From NCBI GenBank assembly GCA_963682135.1, contig OY821645.1, forward strand, positions 2,464,001 to 2,528,000: a stretch of DNA of 64,000 bases, in the 5' to 3' direction. Below, piece by piece: positions 37,343-47,877 of the stretch. Source of the DNA: Methanothrix sp. GTDB lineage: Archaea > Halobacteriota > Methanosarcinia > Methanotrichales > Methanotrichaceae. How positions within the stretch are numbered: the first letter of the stretch is position 1; each line of letters starts with the position of its first letter. The notes under the pieces were generated by a model that was not told the DNA's origin, searched no databases, and saw nothing but the letters and a program-made list of their open reading frames with translations. Both the position numbers and the translations under genes were made by a program.

Positions 37343-37790
37343 TCATGAGTATGCCTCCAGCGTTCTTTGGGCTCCTGCCGTCTTGGCCTCCCTTTGCGCG
37401 GCCTGCTCACTGTAGATGCAGAACACCAGGGTTAGCCATCTCCGTCATCTTCTGCAGGTGTGGGTCCAGTGCCGGCGCGTAGAGCAGGATAGTGGCCTCC
37501 CTGGAGGTCTGCTTCAGGGCCGGGGGCCCTGGTACTCGACCATCTCGCCGGCATCCTCGTAGAGAATGGGATCGTGCTCCACGATCTGGAAGCTGTGGTG
37601 GTTCTCCTCCAGGATGGTCATGAGCTGAAAGGAGGTAAAGGCGCGGCGCACCTCAAGCTCAGTGAAGTTGCGGTTCAGCCGATTGAGGATGCGGGAGTAG
37701 TTGCCGCTGATGAAGAGGATCTTGTAGCGCTGCAATTCCAGGTGGCTGCTCTGGGCTACGGCGAGCACCTCCACGGGGGCGATGAGGCGG
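37343..37790 (-). pseudogene. Frameshifted remnant of the RecA/Rad51-like protein of archaeal PolB2 operons
   Basis: LQRYKILFISGNYSRIL...VRRAFTSFQLMTILEE...HDP.LYED, continuing in other frames to QRTLEAYS* (PIP-like motif). Confidence 0.6.
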
Positions 37791-37931
37791 CTGTTGGTCT
37801 CAGGTGGAGGTATACGGCGGGGAGGAGTTCGATTTCCGGGGGAGAATGTCAAGGAAAACTATGTGAATAATCCATGATGATATTGTGATAAAAAGAGCCA
37901 GCTCATCGCTGGCGTTTTGAAATGGCGGTCA

Positions 37932-39626
37932 CTATTTGATATCCGTGGCCTGATAGACCTGCCTTCCGCCGACATAAGTCGCCAGAACCTTCGGATTGTC
38001 ATTGGAAAATTTATCCAATGGCACAGAGTAAAGATCCTGGTCATACACAACTATATCCGCTTTATAGCCAGGATATAGGACGCCTGTATCGTTTCTCGAC
38101 GTGGTAGCCGTACTGCCGATAGTGAAGCCGTGAACAATCTCTTTAACACTAAGAGGCAAGTGCTTTTTCGGATCTCCTCCACCAGTTACTGCAACGCCGA
38201 TCACCATCGTAGCAGGAGAATATTCTGGTGGAGAAGTGCTAAAATCGGTGCTGATTCCAACGGGGATTTCGCTGTCGATAAGCTTTTTGATGGGAAACGC
38301 TAGGGCACTTTTTTTTCCATAATAATAGGCAGTATCGTCTTCCACAGACCAAAAAGCCGGCTGGACCGTCATAGCGATATGGCCTTTGAATTTTTTGATC
38401 TTTTCGATCAACTCATCGTTCGAGAATCCCATATGTATCAGGGTGTGAACTCCGGTGAGCTTTCCTTTTTTGGCTACCACTTTATCGAGTGCATCAAGTA
38501 CTGCATCGATGGCTAGATCTCCCTGCACATGATAGTGCATGTTCATCCCGTACTCTTCAACCTTTTCGACTATGCGCGTGAGGTTTTTCTCTGGTCCGCC
38601 TGTATCATTGGTATAAATTTCCTGGAGACCGTGATTGCCTTGAAGATTTTGCCAACTGGTCCAGGCTTGGCCTCCCCCAAAAGCTCCGTCCACAAAAATT
38701 TTGCATCCCAGAAATCGCACCATGTCGGTATCATTGCCGCGGCATTTCGCAGCATCGTCCACATCGCCCAAGTTAAATATAGTATAACAGTAATTGATGC
38801 GCAACGGCAGGATCCCTTCTTTTTCCATCTCGTAAAAAAGCTCAGGTCTCATAAACCGCACACCAGGTACACCCATCAGGTCCACTGCTCCTGTGTAACC
38901 AAAAGATGCCCAGCGTTTTAGCATAAAAAGCGTACCGGCCTTTATATATCCATCTTCGAATCTGGCGAACATTTTATTTCCCGGCAGCGTCATGGCGGAT
39001 TCCCGTAGCATGCCCGTAAGCTTGCCACCTTCCATACCCATCTTTCCACCAATAGGCACTCCACTAGCAGGAGTAAGGCCCGTCAGGTTCATCGCGGCAG
39101 TATTTATAATAGTATTATGCCCAAGTTTATCACCTAAGAATGCAGGTCGGTTGCCGGTCACTTTATCTATTTTAGCGAGATCTTCAAGCGACCAATTATC
39201 GTAATCTCGAAGCGAGAAGCCAGCTCCAAGGATCTGTCCGTTTTCCGGGATGGATTTAACTTTTTCCGCCAAGACACTTGCTATGGAATCTGTATTGTTA
39301 CAGCCAATCAGGCTCGCTCCGACATAGAAGAAGTACCCTGCCTCCATCAGGTGTACGTGGCTATCGATAAAACCGGGATACGCAGCAGACCCATTTAGAT
39401 CAATAACTGTGGCATTATTATATTGCATAGTGCTGACATTTGATGCCTTAACCACCCCGTCTAATACCAAGAGGTTATCAACTTTTCGTTCTTCATCAAT
39501 GTAAATCGATCCATTAGTAAAAAGCTGAACATTGTCTTGTGTCATCGCATTTCCGAGAAAAGGCCACAAGAAAAGCGCGACCAAGACAAGACAAAAACAG
39601 CTATCGAGTTTCTTCATATTTTGCAT
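37932..39626 (-). CDS. Secreted amidohydrolase (family 3, YtcJ-like)
   Basis: PGFIDSHVH, KIFVDG, HYHVQGD, STD, G.L.PGYKADIVV; signal peptide. Confidence 0.9.
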   Translation of the reverse strand: MQNMKKLDSCFCLVLVALFLWPFLGNAMTQDNVQLFTNGSIYIDEERKVDNLLVLDGVVKASNVSTMQYNNATVIDLNGSAAYPGFIDSHVHLMEAGYFFYVGASLIGCNNTDSIASVLAEKVKSIPENGQILGAGFSLRDYDNWSLEDLAKIDKVTGNRPAFLGDKLGHNTIINTAAMNLTGLTPASGVPIGGKMGMEGGKLTGMLRESAMTLPGNKMFARFEDGYIKAGTLFMLKRWASFGYTGAVDLMGVPGVRFMRPELFYEMEKEGILPLRINYCYTIFNLGDVDDAAKCRGNDTDMVRFLGCKIFVDGAFGGGQAWTSWQNLQGNHGLQEIYTNDTGGPEKNLTRIVEKVEEYGMNMHYHVQGDLAIDAVLDALDKVVAKKGKLTGVHTLIHMGFSNDELIEKIKKFKGHIAMTVQPAFWSVEDDTAYYYGKKSALAFPIKKLIDSEIPVGISTDFSTSPPEYSPATMVIGVAVTGGGDPKKHLPLSVKEIVHGFTIGSTATTSRNDTGVLYPGYKADIVVYDQDLYSVPLDKFSNDNPKVLATYVGGRQVYQATDIK

Positions 39627-39998
39627 TGGTTCCCTCCCAGCTTACATTCTATATTTGCATTAAATGTATTTTAGCTTTTGCAGAACAATCTGTGCGGAAA
39701 GCCTCCACTCTTAAGACTTCTATCTAAAATTGTCCCGATTGCACCGGAGTACTAGCACGGATATGCGGCCTATTTTTCAGCCTACAAACAGAACGTTTAT
39801 AGCATGTAAACATAATGCTATGCATGCTTGTAGAGCTGTTCAAGACCAAGGAACGAGCCAAGGTTCTGCGCTGAATGAGATCGAGCCAGCCAAAGAGACT
39901 AACGAGGTACGCAGGATGTGACGGTGATATCCATGAACATCTCTCAGGGAGTATATTCTATGGGAAATCGAGGTGCATTTGAGAATCGAAGCGTGATT

Positions 39999-42095
39999 AT
40001 GGGTGCAAAGTATATCGTGCTCATGCTGCTAATCATCTTATCATCATTGCTCGGAGCCACAGCTAGCGCCTCCAACGCAAGATCGAACGAGGTATTAGAT
40101 GCCAACGCATCAGAAAGCCTCCACGATTTCAAGATAGAGCAGGAATGGCTGACGATGCATGACGGCGTTCGTTTGTCTGTCACTTACTACCTTCCAATCC
40201 CAAGATCGCCATCTGAGACGTTCCCTGTGATCCTTGAAATGAATCCCTACAGAAAAGACGACCAGTCCTACATCGGTGATTACGATTATTATACCTTCTT
40301 TGCCAGGCATGGATTTGCCGGGGCAAGGGTCGATATCCGCGGCACTGGTTCATCGGAAAGCGTCACCATTTCTCACGAGTACTCTCCAATCGAGCTTTCA
40401 GACTGTGAAGAAGTCATCGCACAGATTGCCCGCCTTCCCTGGTGCAACGGCAACGTTGGAATGCTCGGCATCTCCTGGAGCGCCAACAACGCCATCATGA
40501 TGGCGCGAAGAGGGCCCCCTGCCCTAAAAGCCATCATCGTAGCTCACATGTGTGACGATCTATTCCACGACCATGCCCAGTACATCGACGGGATCAAGCA
40601 GGTGAACGAGTGGGAGGCCTACATGGAGGGCGACAACATCGCACCTCGCTCTCCTGAGTACAGGCTGGACGAGGATTATTTCCGGGATCGCTTTTTGGCA
40701 TATCCATGGTTCCTGACAAACCTCAAGCATCAGCACGAGGACTCCTTCTGGATGAACGAGTCGGTGCGCTATCACTACGAGAACCTGACCATTCCAATCT
40801 TCATTCTAGGTGGACTTCTGGACGGCTATCGAGATTCAGTCAAACGGTTGCTGGAGGGTTCTCCTGGAGTTGTGCGGGCGGAGATTGGGCCCTACAACCA
40901 TGCATTTCCTGACTACGGAGTGCCTGGCCCTAATTACGAGTGGCGCTATGATGCCCTGCGATGGTACGACCGCTGGCTGAATGGAGCTCAAAATGGCATA
41001 GAGGATGAGCCGCGATTCAAGGTCTTCGTACGCGCCGGGCATCCGCCTGATCCGATGATGAACACCACACCAGGAAAGTGGCGCTACGAGGACTGGCCCA
41101 TCAATAGGACCAGATGGACAGCATTTTATCCTTCTGCGGAAGGCCTGCTCTCTTTTCAGAAGGGAGAGCCTACCACCCACGATCTGCCATATCAGGCAGG
41201 GTCCGGGATTGAGGCATCAGGGCTTCGGTTCTGGTGGGGGGAGCCCTCTCAAGATGTCGCTGCCTCAGATGAAGGAGCCCTGGTGTATGACTCCCCTGAG
41301 ATGAATAGGTCTTTGGAGATCATTGGCTACCCTGAGGTCGCGCTCTGCACAGCGGCGGACGCGCCGCTTGCCAACTGGATAGTGCGACTTGAAGATGTGC
41401 AGCCGGACGGGAAAGTGACTCTTATAACTGGAGCCGGGCTGAGCGGAGCGCAGCGCAACTCCTCTGCAAATCCTGATGCACTTGTACCGGGGACATTCTA
41501 CAATCTCTCATTCAAGCTTCATTTCACCACCTGGACCTTCCAGCCCGGACATAAGATCCGCCTGGCGATCACCAACGCCCAGTTTCCTGCATTCTGGCCG
41601 ACTCCCTATCCAATGACAATGATGCTCAAATTGGGTGTCAATGAGACCCGCCTCGTTCTGCCGGTCATCCCCTACGAGAAGCGGCCAGTTCCTGTGTACC
41701 AGCCGCCAGAGGCCCCGAAAAATGCCCCTGATGCGAAGTCGCTTCCTGGTGGAGGGGACCCGATCTACACCCTCGTCTCCCACAATCAGGAGACAGGAAT
41801 CGTCTCAGTGGAGCAGAAGTCTGAGCACTACTTCACCGTTTTGGATCGCTCCTATTACCGGATGGACTGGCGATACTATGAGACAAATGAGGCAGATCCC
41901 GCGAATTCTCGATTTCTGGGAATCTCAGAGGGGAAAGTCACAATGAAGGAGAGATCTGTGTTGCATCGAACGAAAATTGACATGCATTCTTCAGTCAGTG
42001 ACTTCCATGTGATCATTTTGCGAAGGATCTACGAAAACGATCATCTCATGCGGGAAAAAGTCTTCGATGAGGTGATACCAAGGGACTTCCAGTGA
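39999..42095 (+). CDS. CocE/NonD-family hydrolase (peptidase S15), secreted
   Basis: DGVRL, PYRKD, DIRGTGSSE, GMLGISW and IGPYNH; start chosen at the signal peptide. Confidence 0.9.
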   Translation: MGAKYIVLMLLIILSSLLGATASASNARSNEVLDANASESLHDFKIEQEWLTMHDGVRLSVTYYLPIPRSPSETFPVILEMNPYRKDDQSYIGDYDYYTFFARHGFAGARVDIRGTGSSESVTISHEYSPIELSDCEEVIAQIARLPWCNGNVGMLGISWSANNAIMMARRGPPALKAIIVAHMCDDLFHDHAQYIDGIKQVNEWEAYMEGDNIAPRSPEYRLDEDYFRDRFLAYPWFLTNLKHQHEDSFWMNESVRYHYENLTIPIFILGGLLDGYRDSVKRLLEGSPGVVRAEIGPYNHAFPDYGVPGPNYEWRYDALRWYDRWLNGAQNGIEDEPRFKVFVRAGHPPDPMMNTTPGKWRYEDWPINRTRWTAFYPSAEGLLSFQKGEPTTHDLPYQAGSGIEASGLRFWWGEPSQDVAASDEGALVYDSPEMNRSLEIIGYPEVALCTAADAPLANWIVRLEDVQPDGKVTLITGAGLSGAQRNSSANPDALVPGTFYNLSFKLHFTTWTFQPGHKIRLAITNAQFPAFWPTPYPMTMMLKLGVNETRLVLPVIPYEKRPVPVYQPPEAPKNAPDAKSLPGGGDPIYTLVSHNQETGIVSVEQKSEHYFTVLDRSYYRMDWRYYETNEADPANSRFLGISEGKVTMKERSVLHRTKIDMHSSVSDFHVIILRRIYENDHLMREKVFDEVIPRDFQ

Positions 42096-42114
42096 AGCAC
42101 AAGTGGTCCTGCAT

Positions 42115-42490
42115 GCATCCGGTGGCCCTCATAGAGCCGGGGCGCCATCTTCGGGCCAGGAGGAGGGCAGCTTTGCGGGCTATCTACTATCTGCGCCGCT
42201 TCCAACGAGTGCGATCCCCTGGACCCGCAGACCGTCTACGGCCTCGCCTTCGCCTATATGGAGCTGGGCGACATGGAGCTGGCCCAGAAGCACTTTAGAC
42301 TGGTGCTGGAAATGCAGGCACCCGAGGAGCTGCGCGCTCTGGCCAGGAACGGGCTCTCGAAGATTGCGGCCCGCGAACTCAAGGCCCGTGGACCACGCAT
42401 GGACGCCGTCTTCTATCCGGCTGGGCCATGCGGCTGTTTCGCGGCAAGTCGCAGGAGGAGATCCGGGAGATCACCTTCGAGATCGGCACT
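42115..42490 (+). pseudogene. Frameshifted fragment of a TPR protein
   Basis: Pieces across frames: DPLDPQTVYGLAFAYMELGDMELAQKHFRLVLEM...GPRMDAVFY / AMRLFRGKSQEEIREITFEIG; GC-rich. Confidence 0.6.
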
Positions 42491-42770
42491 TTTAATTACA
42501 TCGTCTGGCCAAAGCTGAAGGATTTCGTAGTCGCTTTGCTGGAATTCCAGATGCTGCGACTCGTCCCCCGCGAGGCTCTGTTCATCAAGAGCTACGGTAA
42601 CAGTGTGCTCTTCGAGAGCCTGAGGCCACAGGATGCCACGCCTACGTCCTTTTCCGCCTACAACGAGTACGGGATCCTGCTGGGCTTGCTGGACAATTAC
42701 TATACCCTGCCCAAAGGGAGCTTTCTATTGAGGATATCTTCATTCATTCCCTCGACTATTAAAATAGCCC

Positions 42771-43865
42771 TCAGCTCAGATGCCGCCTGAATACATCCTC
42801 ATAAAGCCTCTTTACGTTCTCTCGGGTCTTGGCCATCTCCGGAAAGCCCTGGAACTGCCTGGCCTCTGCCACGTCTTCGGACAGCCGGAGCTTATACTGG
42901 CTGCGTGACAAGAACCAGCCATTTCTGGCATAGTAGCGGGAGAGGTATTCTTGCTCAGTCTGGCCGGGGGTGGGTGTAAAGAGCCCATGCCTTGTCTCCA
43001 GCTCCGCCAGCTCCATCATAGTAGTATAGCCGGACCTGGCAATGATGAACCTGGCCCGGTTCATAAGCTCTGTCTTCTCCTCTGTGGAGACGTAGGAGTG
43101 CACAGTGGTGTGCTCGTCCAATTTTCGATGCGACTCCTCTTGCGGGCTTCCCAGAAGGACCACTTTCTCACCGGGCAGCTTTTGCACCTGTTTCAAGATA
43201 ATCTCCTCCAGGCGGGTCCTCTGCGGCTCGGGACCGGATGCAATTGCCAGAAAGTCCAGATCCCTGTCCACCGCCATTTTTTTGGTGCTGGTCAAAATTC
43301 CGGCGTAATAGACCCTGCGATTAGTGGCATTCACATAGGAGCGACAGAGCTTGCCGCTCAGGTTATTGCTGCCGCCATTGGGATTGATATCCGGCACAAT
43401 CACCCCTTCGAATTTGCTGTGAAAGAAGCTGTTGAAGGGCATGGTCATCATCTCAAATGGATAGAGATAGCTGGGCATGCTGTAGCGAAGCTGGTGAGAT
43501 ATGAAATAGCTGGAGACCTTGTCGCTGTAGACGCTCATGCGGTTGTCGCTGATGATCAGGTCGAATCTATTCTCTGCCAGAATCGCTTCAAACCTTTTTT
43601 TCTCCTGGGCAATAGCCCTCAGAAGGCCAGGAATGCCGGCGACAAATGTTGGCAGAAAGAATCGAGAGTCACTATAGGGCACAGGATAGTCTTTGAAGTG
43701 GATGAAATTACACTGCGGGCATTCTCTCTGCAAGAGGGCCAGAGCATTGCCGCTGGTGCCGACGGTTACCTCATGCCCCCGGCGCAAAAGTTCCTCGATG
43801 AGGGGAATGTCTCGGGTAGCGTGGCCCAGACCCCAATTGAGAGGACTTACAAAAACATGTCCCAT
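42771..43865 (-). CDS. GT-B glycosyltransferase (GT28/MJ1255-like)
   Basis: LNWGLGHATR, DLIISDNR, ARSGYTTMME and PTPGQTEQ. Confidence 0.88.
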   Translation of the reverse strand: MGHVFVSPLNWGLGHATRDIPLIEELLRRGHEVTVGTSGNALALLQRECPQCNFIHFKDYPVPYSDSRFFLPTFVAGIPGLLRAIAQEKKRFEAILAENRFDLIISDNRMSVYSDKVSSYFISHQLRYSMPSYLYPFEMMTMPFNSFFHSKFEGVIVPDINPNGGSNNLSGKLCRSYVNATNRRVYYAGILTSTKKMAVDRDLDFLAIASGPEPQRTRLEEIILKQVQKLPGEKVVLLGSPQEESHRKLDEHTTVHSYVSTEEKTELMNRARFIIARSGYTTMMELAELETRHGLFTPTPGQTEQEYLSRYYARNGWFLSRSQYKLRLSEDVAEARQFQGFPEMAKTRENVKRLYEDVFRRHLS

Positions 43866-44095
43866 GAACCAGAATAGTGCAGCTAGATTGTATAAACCAT
43901 TCTCTCGGAGATGGGCTGCCCGGCAGGGGCTAGCTTGCCAAATCTTGTGCACGATGTGACGGCTTTGCTACTATCTAATCATTTCCTTGTAGCAGACCAT
44001 TCTGCCGGGATGCCGCGCGCGGGTTAGCCCGGGCACCCTCAACGCCAGGCAGGCTTGGAAACACACGCTGGAAACGATTTATGGGACTGACCTAT

Positions 44096-47000
44096 TCAGG
44101 AAATGACGGCAGTTCCCTTCTCCAGCCGCACCCCGTCTGCTCCGCCCAGCTTGACCACAGCAATTCCGGTAGAGCTGCTCATAGCCACTGTTTCCGCCTG
44201 GAATGCCTGCGGGTCCATATCCACTGAGCTCCAGGCTTCATCTCTTCTCTCCAGCGTCCTTCCCTCTCGGCTCAAGACCAGATCCACCAGATGCACCGCC
44301 GAGACTTCCCCCTGCCTTATGAACGACGTGGGATCAAACTGCAGCAGCATGGTAGCATTGCCGGCAGACAGATCGTCCTCTACGCTCGCTTCTCCCATCT
44401 CGTCACCAGCGTCATCCACAATGATTCCTTGCAGCTCATACCGACCTGGCTTGACTACAGTTACATTTACTCCGATAGCGATGGAAGTGGGGGTCGTCCT
44501 GTTCAGATACTCGTCGGGGAGATAGGCAGCAGGCGGCTGGAACTCCTTTGGCTCCCGGTTAATGATGATATCTTTGTCGAATCTATCGATGTAGCTGCCA
44601 CTTCTATCGTAGAGTATTAGATTTTGAATTCGCAGCGGCCCACACTTGCCGTATCTCCAAATATCGGTACCGCTGGCATTGACCATTATGCTGCCGCTCT
44701 CATTGAGCGCAAATCTGCGATCTATTGCCCCAATCCAGCCGCCGCTGCAATCTACCATCACCCCTTTTAGTTGAAACTCTCCCGGCGCTGTGATGTTCAG
44801 GCCGAAGCCCAAGGAAAGCACATCAAAGAGGCTGTCGTTGTCGAGGTCTATGGCCTCATCTTTTGTGAGACCTGTCAGCCTTGTGCCGGCAATGGTCACA
44901 CTCACCGGAATCTCAAAGGTGTGACTGTCCGAAGAGATTTTTATGTATCCATCCAGCCTGGGAAGCGATGTGCCTTGCGGGATGGTGAGATTGGCCTGTA
45001 CCGTCCCATTAGAGTCACTCTCCAATCGTTTTGGTCCACTGGTTGCGATCCAGCTCCAATTCTCCTCGGCATATTCCTTGATACGAACTTTAAAGGACTT
45101 TCCTTGCAAGGGAACATTGTATCCGTAAACCTTCAGCGTCCAGTTTCCCAACTCCGGATTGCTGATCTCCAAGGGACCGAGATTATCTGCCCCCAAAGCC
45201 GCATTCTCCTCACTGGCAGTGCCCCTGGGATTCTCAAAGACCAGGGCAACCTCGCTCTCGTTATTGCCATCCAAGGAACTCAACTCTGCCGAGATCTTCT
45301 TTGTGCTCTCTGTGACATTTACAGTTTTATTCCATGTCTCTTTGTATCCCACATGACCCTCAGATTCCCAGATAGCAGTATCCTCAATCATCCCGGTGTA
45401 GCTTAGGTTTTGCAGAGACAGACCGAGATTTCTTATGAAAAACTGTGTTTTGCTGCTCGTACCGGATGATGCCGACTCCAGGCTCCAGCGCATAGGAGAA
45501 GTCTCTAACTGAGATCGTTCTACCTGCAGCGTGTAGTTTGCATGGTGAGTTGCATTCTCACTGTGAACGGCAATAAGCCATCTTCCCGAAGAAGGTCCTG
45601 CGATCTTCTTATTGGCCTGCCGGATGATCGTCTCACCAGTATTCTCACCTGTGTAATACTCGCTGGTAGGAGAGAGCAGGAAGAGATCGAGGTTGGTGCC
45701 ATTGTCTTGCTTCCACTTTAAAGATGCTTCAAACTCAGTCGTTCCGGGCTGCATCTTCAGGTAGTAGTAATGCCATTCGCTCCCGTTAAGCGATCCTGTA
45801 CTATTGGCCACGCCCCGAGAGATATTTAAGGGCACGGCCACATTCACACTGATGGGAATGTGCAGAATATTCTCATTTCCGTTTGCGATCTCAATGGTGC
45901 CGTTATAAGTCCCAGGAGCGGTATCCTGCGGCACAGTTATCGATGCCGCAAAGACCTTCTGATCATTGGCCATAACAGTCTTCGGCAAGAGCTGCAGGCT
46001 TACCCAATCAGCCACCTCACCTTGCGCCGACGTTTTAAGGTCTTTTATCTCCTGATTGCAAAAGAACACAAAACGCAAGTTCCAGTCTTCATCACCAGGA
46101 GCTAACGCATATATCTTCTTTTGCGGCCTGTCTGCGCCCGTATCCAGCCCAACGTATACTCCCTTTCCCGCAGGCAGATATGCCCAGCGGCCTGCCGTCC
46201 AGCGATCCGGAATCACTGCGCAGATATTACTATTGTTTGCCAAAAGCTCATAGGAAGAGAGAGCATCCAGCATTCCTGCACCTTGATAGTACTCTTCATA
46301 ACTCTCACCCAGGGTGCTGCTCAGTTTTGCTGCGCCCCTGGTCATGGCCGCCTTGACACCTGCGGCGCTGAGGTTTCCCTCTGCCTGCAAGAGCAGCGCT
46401 GACAATCCCGCAGCCACAGGTGCGGAAAGACTGGTCCCCGACTCGCGAGAATAATAGATGTCCACGGGGCTTGGCCGTTTCACGCTGACCGGCACAATGG
46501 AGATGATATCAACGCCCGGCGCCACAACGTCCGGCTTGATCCGATCGTCCCTGGTGGGCCCCGAACCGGAAAAGCTGGCGATGTGGCCATTGGCATCTGT
46601 GGCTCCCACGGTGATTACCTTTACACCATCACCCGGAGAGTCGATCAAACCTGGCGGCAACGCCAGGACGATTGGTACGAGGAGATAATACACATCCTTT
46701 TTGGCGCTATCAGTCTGGGATAATTTGACGGGAGCCTTGTTCTGGCCAACCTGGCTGCTGGAGGTCCCTGCAACCTGGCCTCCTGTTTCGCTGCTGTTGC
46801 GATTGCCTGCCGCCACGCAGACCACGACACCGTCGCTTGCCGCATTATCGGCAGCCATGGTTATGGGCGGATTGGTCTCGCCCAGGTTTATGCCGCCCAG
46901 GCTGAGGCTGAGGACATCAGCCCCATTGTAAACGGCCCACTCAATTCCCGCTATGATATCCGATACTTTGCCGTCCCCTTTGCCATCTATCACTTTGACA

Positions 47001-47776
47001 CTGATCAGCTTTGCTCCGGGAGCAATTCCCTTGAAGCTACCATTGGAGGCCGCACCTGAGCCGGCAATTATCCCTGCCACCATTGTTCCGTGTCCCAGCA
47101 GATCGTCTGCCGTGATCTCATCCGCCAGGAAATTCTTCTCGGCTACCACCTTGCCGATCAGGTCCGGATGATTTTTGTCGATCCCGGAATCAATTACCGC
47201 CACGGTTATCCCCGTACCATTGATCCCCTTCTCCCAGAGCTTGTCTGCCTTTATAATTTGAGCAGGAGATCTATAACTTTCATAATATCTATCATATCCA
47301 TCCTGCGAGACGGAACCTTCCTTTGATAAATTAAAAGATGAATTTAAGGGTAAATCGAAAGACGAATTCCTATCGGGTGACGATACTTGAGTTATGCCAT
47401 CAAGATAAATTCCCGATACCCATTCGTTTTCCGCCATCTTTCTAATGGCTTTGCAGGTAGCTTCTCCAGCGAGACCGGGTATCAGTTGAAATCGATACTT
47501 GACAGAGAGGTCTTTGGAAATTAGATCATCAGAAATAAGACGGTCTGAGCTACTTGGGGCATCTGCATTGAACATCACAATCACAGGGACCTTTTCCCCG
47601 GGTGTCTTTTCATATTCATTGGCAGAAAGCAATTCTTCAAGCCTGGAATCTATCTTCTGGTCGGCAGCAGAAGAAAGCTTGGCAGCCTGTGCAGAAGATT
47701 CCTGGACGGATGATGAGACCGCCAGAATTATGCATGCAGCCGAAAAAATAATTAAAATATTTCTATTCATATTCAA
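44096..47776 (-). CDS. Large secreted subtilisin-like (S8) serine protease
   Basis: VAVIDSG, HGTMVAG, AAGN and GTSLSAP catalytic motifs; propeptide, PPC-like and C-terminal beta domains. Confidence 0.93.
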   Translation of the reverse strand: MNMNRNILIIFSAACIILAVSSSVQESSAQAAKLSSAADQKIDSRLEELLSANEYEKTPGEKVPVIVMFNADAPSSSDRLISDDLISKDLSVKYRFQLIPGLAGEATCKAIRKMAENEWVSGIYLDGITQVSSPDRNSSFDLPLNSSFNLSKEGSVSQDGYDRYYESYRSPAQIIKADKLWEKGINGTGITVAVIDSGIDKNHPDLIGKVVAEKNFLADEITADDLLGHGTMVAGIIAGSGAASNGSFKGIAPGAKLISVKVIDGKGDGKVSDIIAGIEWAVYNGADVLSLSLGGINLGETNPPITMAADNAASDGVVVCVAAGNRNSSETGGQVAGTSSSQVGQNKAPVKLSQTDSAKKDVYYLLVPIVLALPPGLIDSPGDGVKVITVGATDANGHIASFSGSGPTRDDRIKPDVVAPGVDIISIVPVSVKRPSPVDIYYSRESGTSLSAPVAAGLSALLLQAEGNLSAAGVKAAMTRGAAKLSSTLGESYEEYYQGAGMLDALSSYELLANNSNICAVIPDRWTAGRWAYLPAGKGVYVGLDTGADRPQKKIYALAPGDEDWNLRFVFFCNQEIKDLKTSAQGEVADWVSLQLLPKTVMANDQKVFAASITVPQDTAPGTYNGTIEIANGNENILHIPISVNVAVPLNISRGVANSTGSLNGSEWHYYYLKMQPGTTEFEASLKWKQDNGTNLDLFLLSPTSEYYTGENTGETIIRQANKKIAGPSSGRWLIAVHSENATHHANYTLQVERSQLETSPMRWSLESASSGTSSKTQFFIRNLGLSLQNLSYTGMIEDTAIWESEGHVGYKETWNKTVNVTESTKKISAELSSLDGNNESEVALVFENPRGTASEENAALGADNLGPLEISNPELGNWTLKVYGYNVPLQGKSFKVRIKEYAEENWSWIATSGPKRLESDSNGTVQANLTIPQGTSLPRLDGYIKISSDSHTFEIPVSVTIAGTRLTGLTKDEAIDLDNDSLFDVLSLGFGLNITAPGEFQLKGVMVDCSGGWIGAIDRRFALNESGSIMVNASGTDIWRYGKCGPLRIQNLILYDRSGSYIDRFDKDIIINREPKEFQPPAAYLPDEYLNRTTPTSIAIGVNVTVVKPGRYELQGIIVDDAGDEMGEASVEDDLSAGNATMLLQFDPTSFIRQGEVSAVHLVDLVLSREGRTLERRDEAWSSVDMDPQAFQAETVAMSSSTGIAVVKLGGADGVRLEKGTAVIS

Positions 47777-47877
47777 CCAAACCCCATCTAACGATTTATC
47801 CCCGGGCCTATCCCAAAATCACAACTAATGAGTGCAAGTAGATAATGCTAAATAAACCTGTGGTACTTGTAGGATGG

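Noticed and set aside
42951-43877. Long antisense ORFs (also 10868..11830, 2322..3047, 23521..24111)
   Set aside because: Each lies fully opposite a well-supported gene and has no motifs; expected from codon bias.
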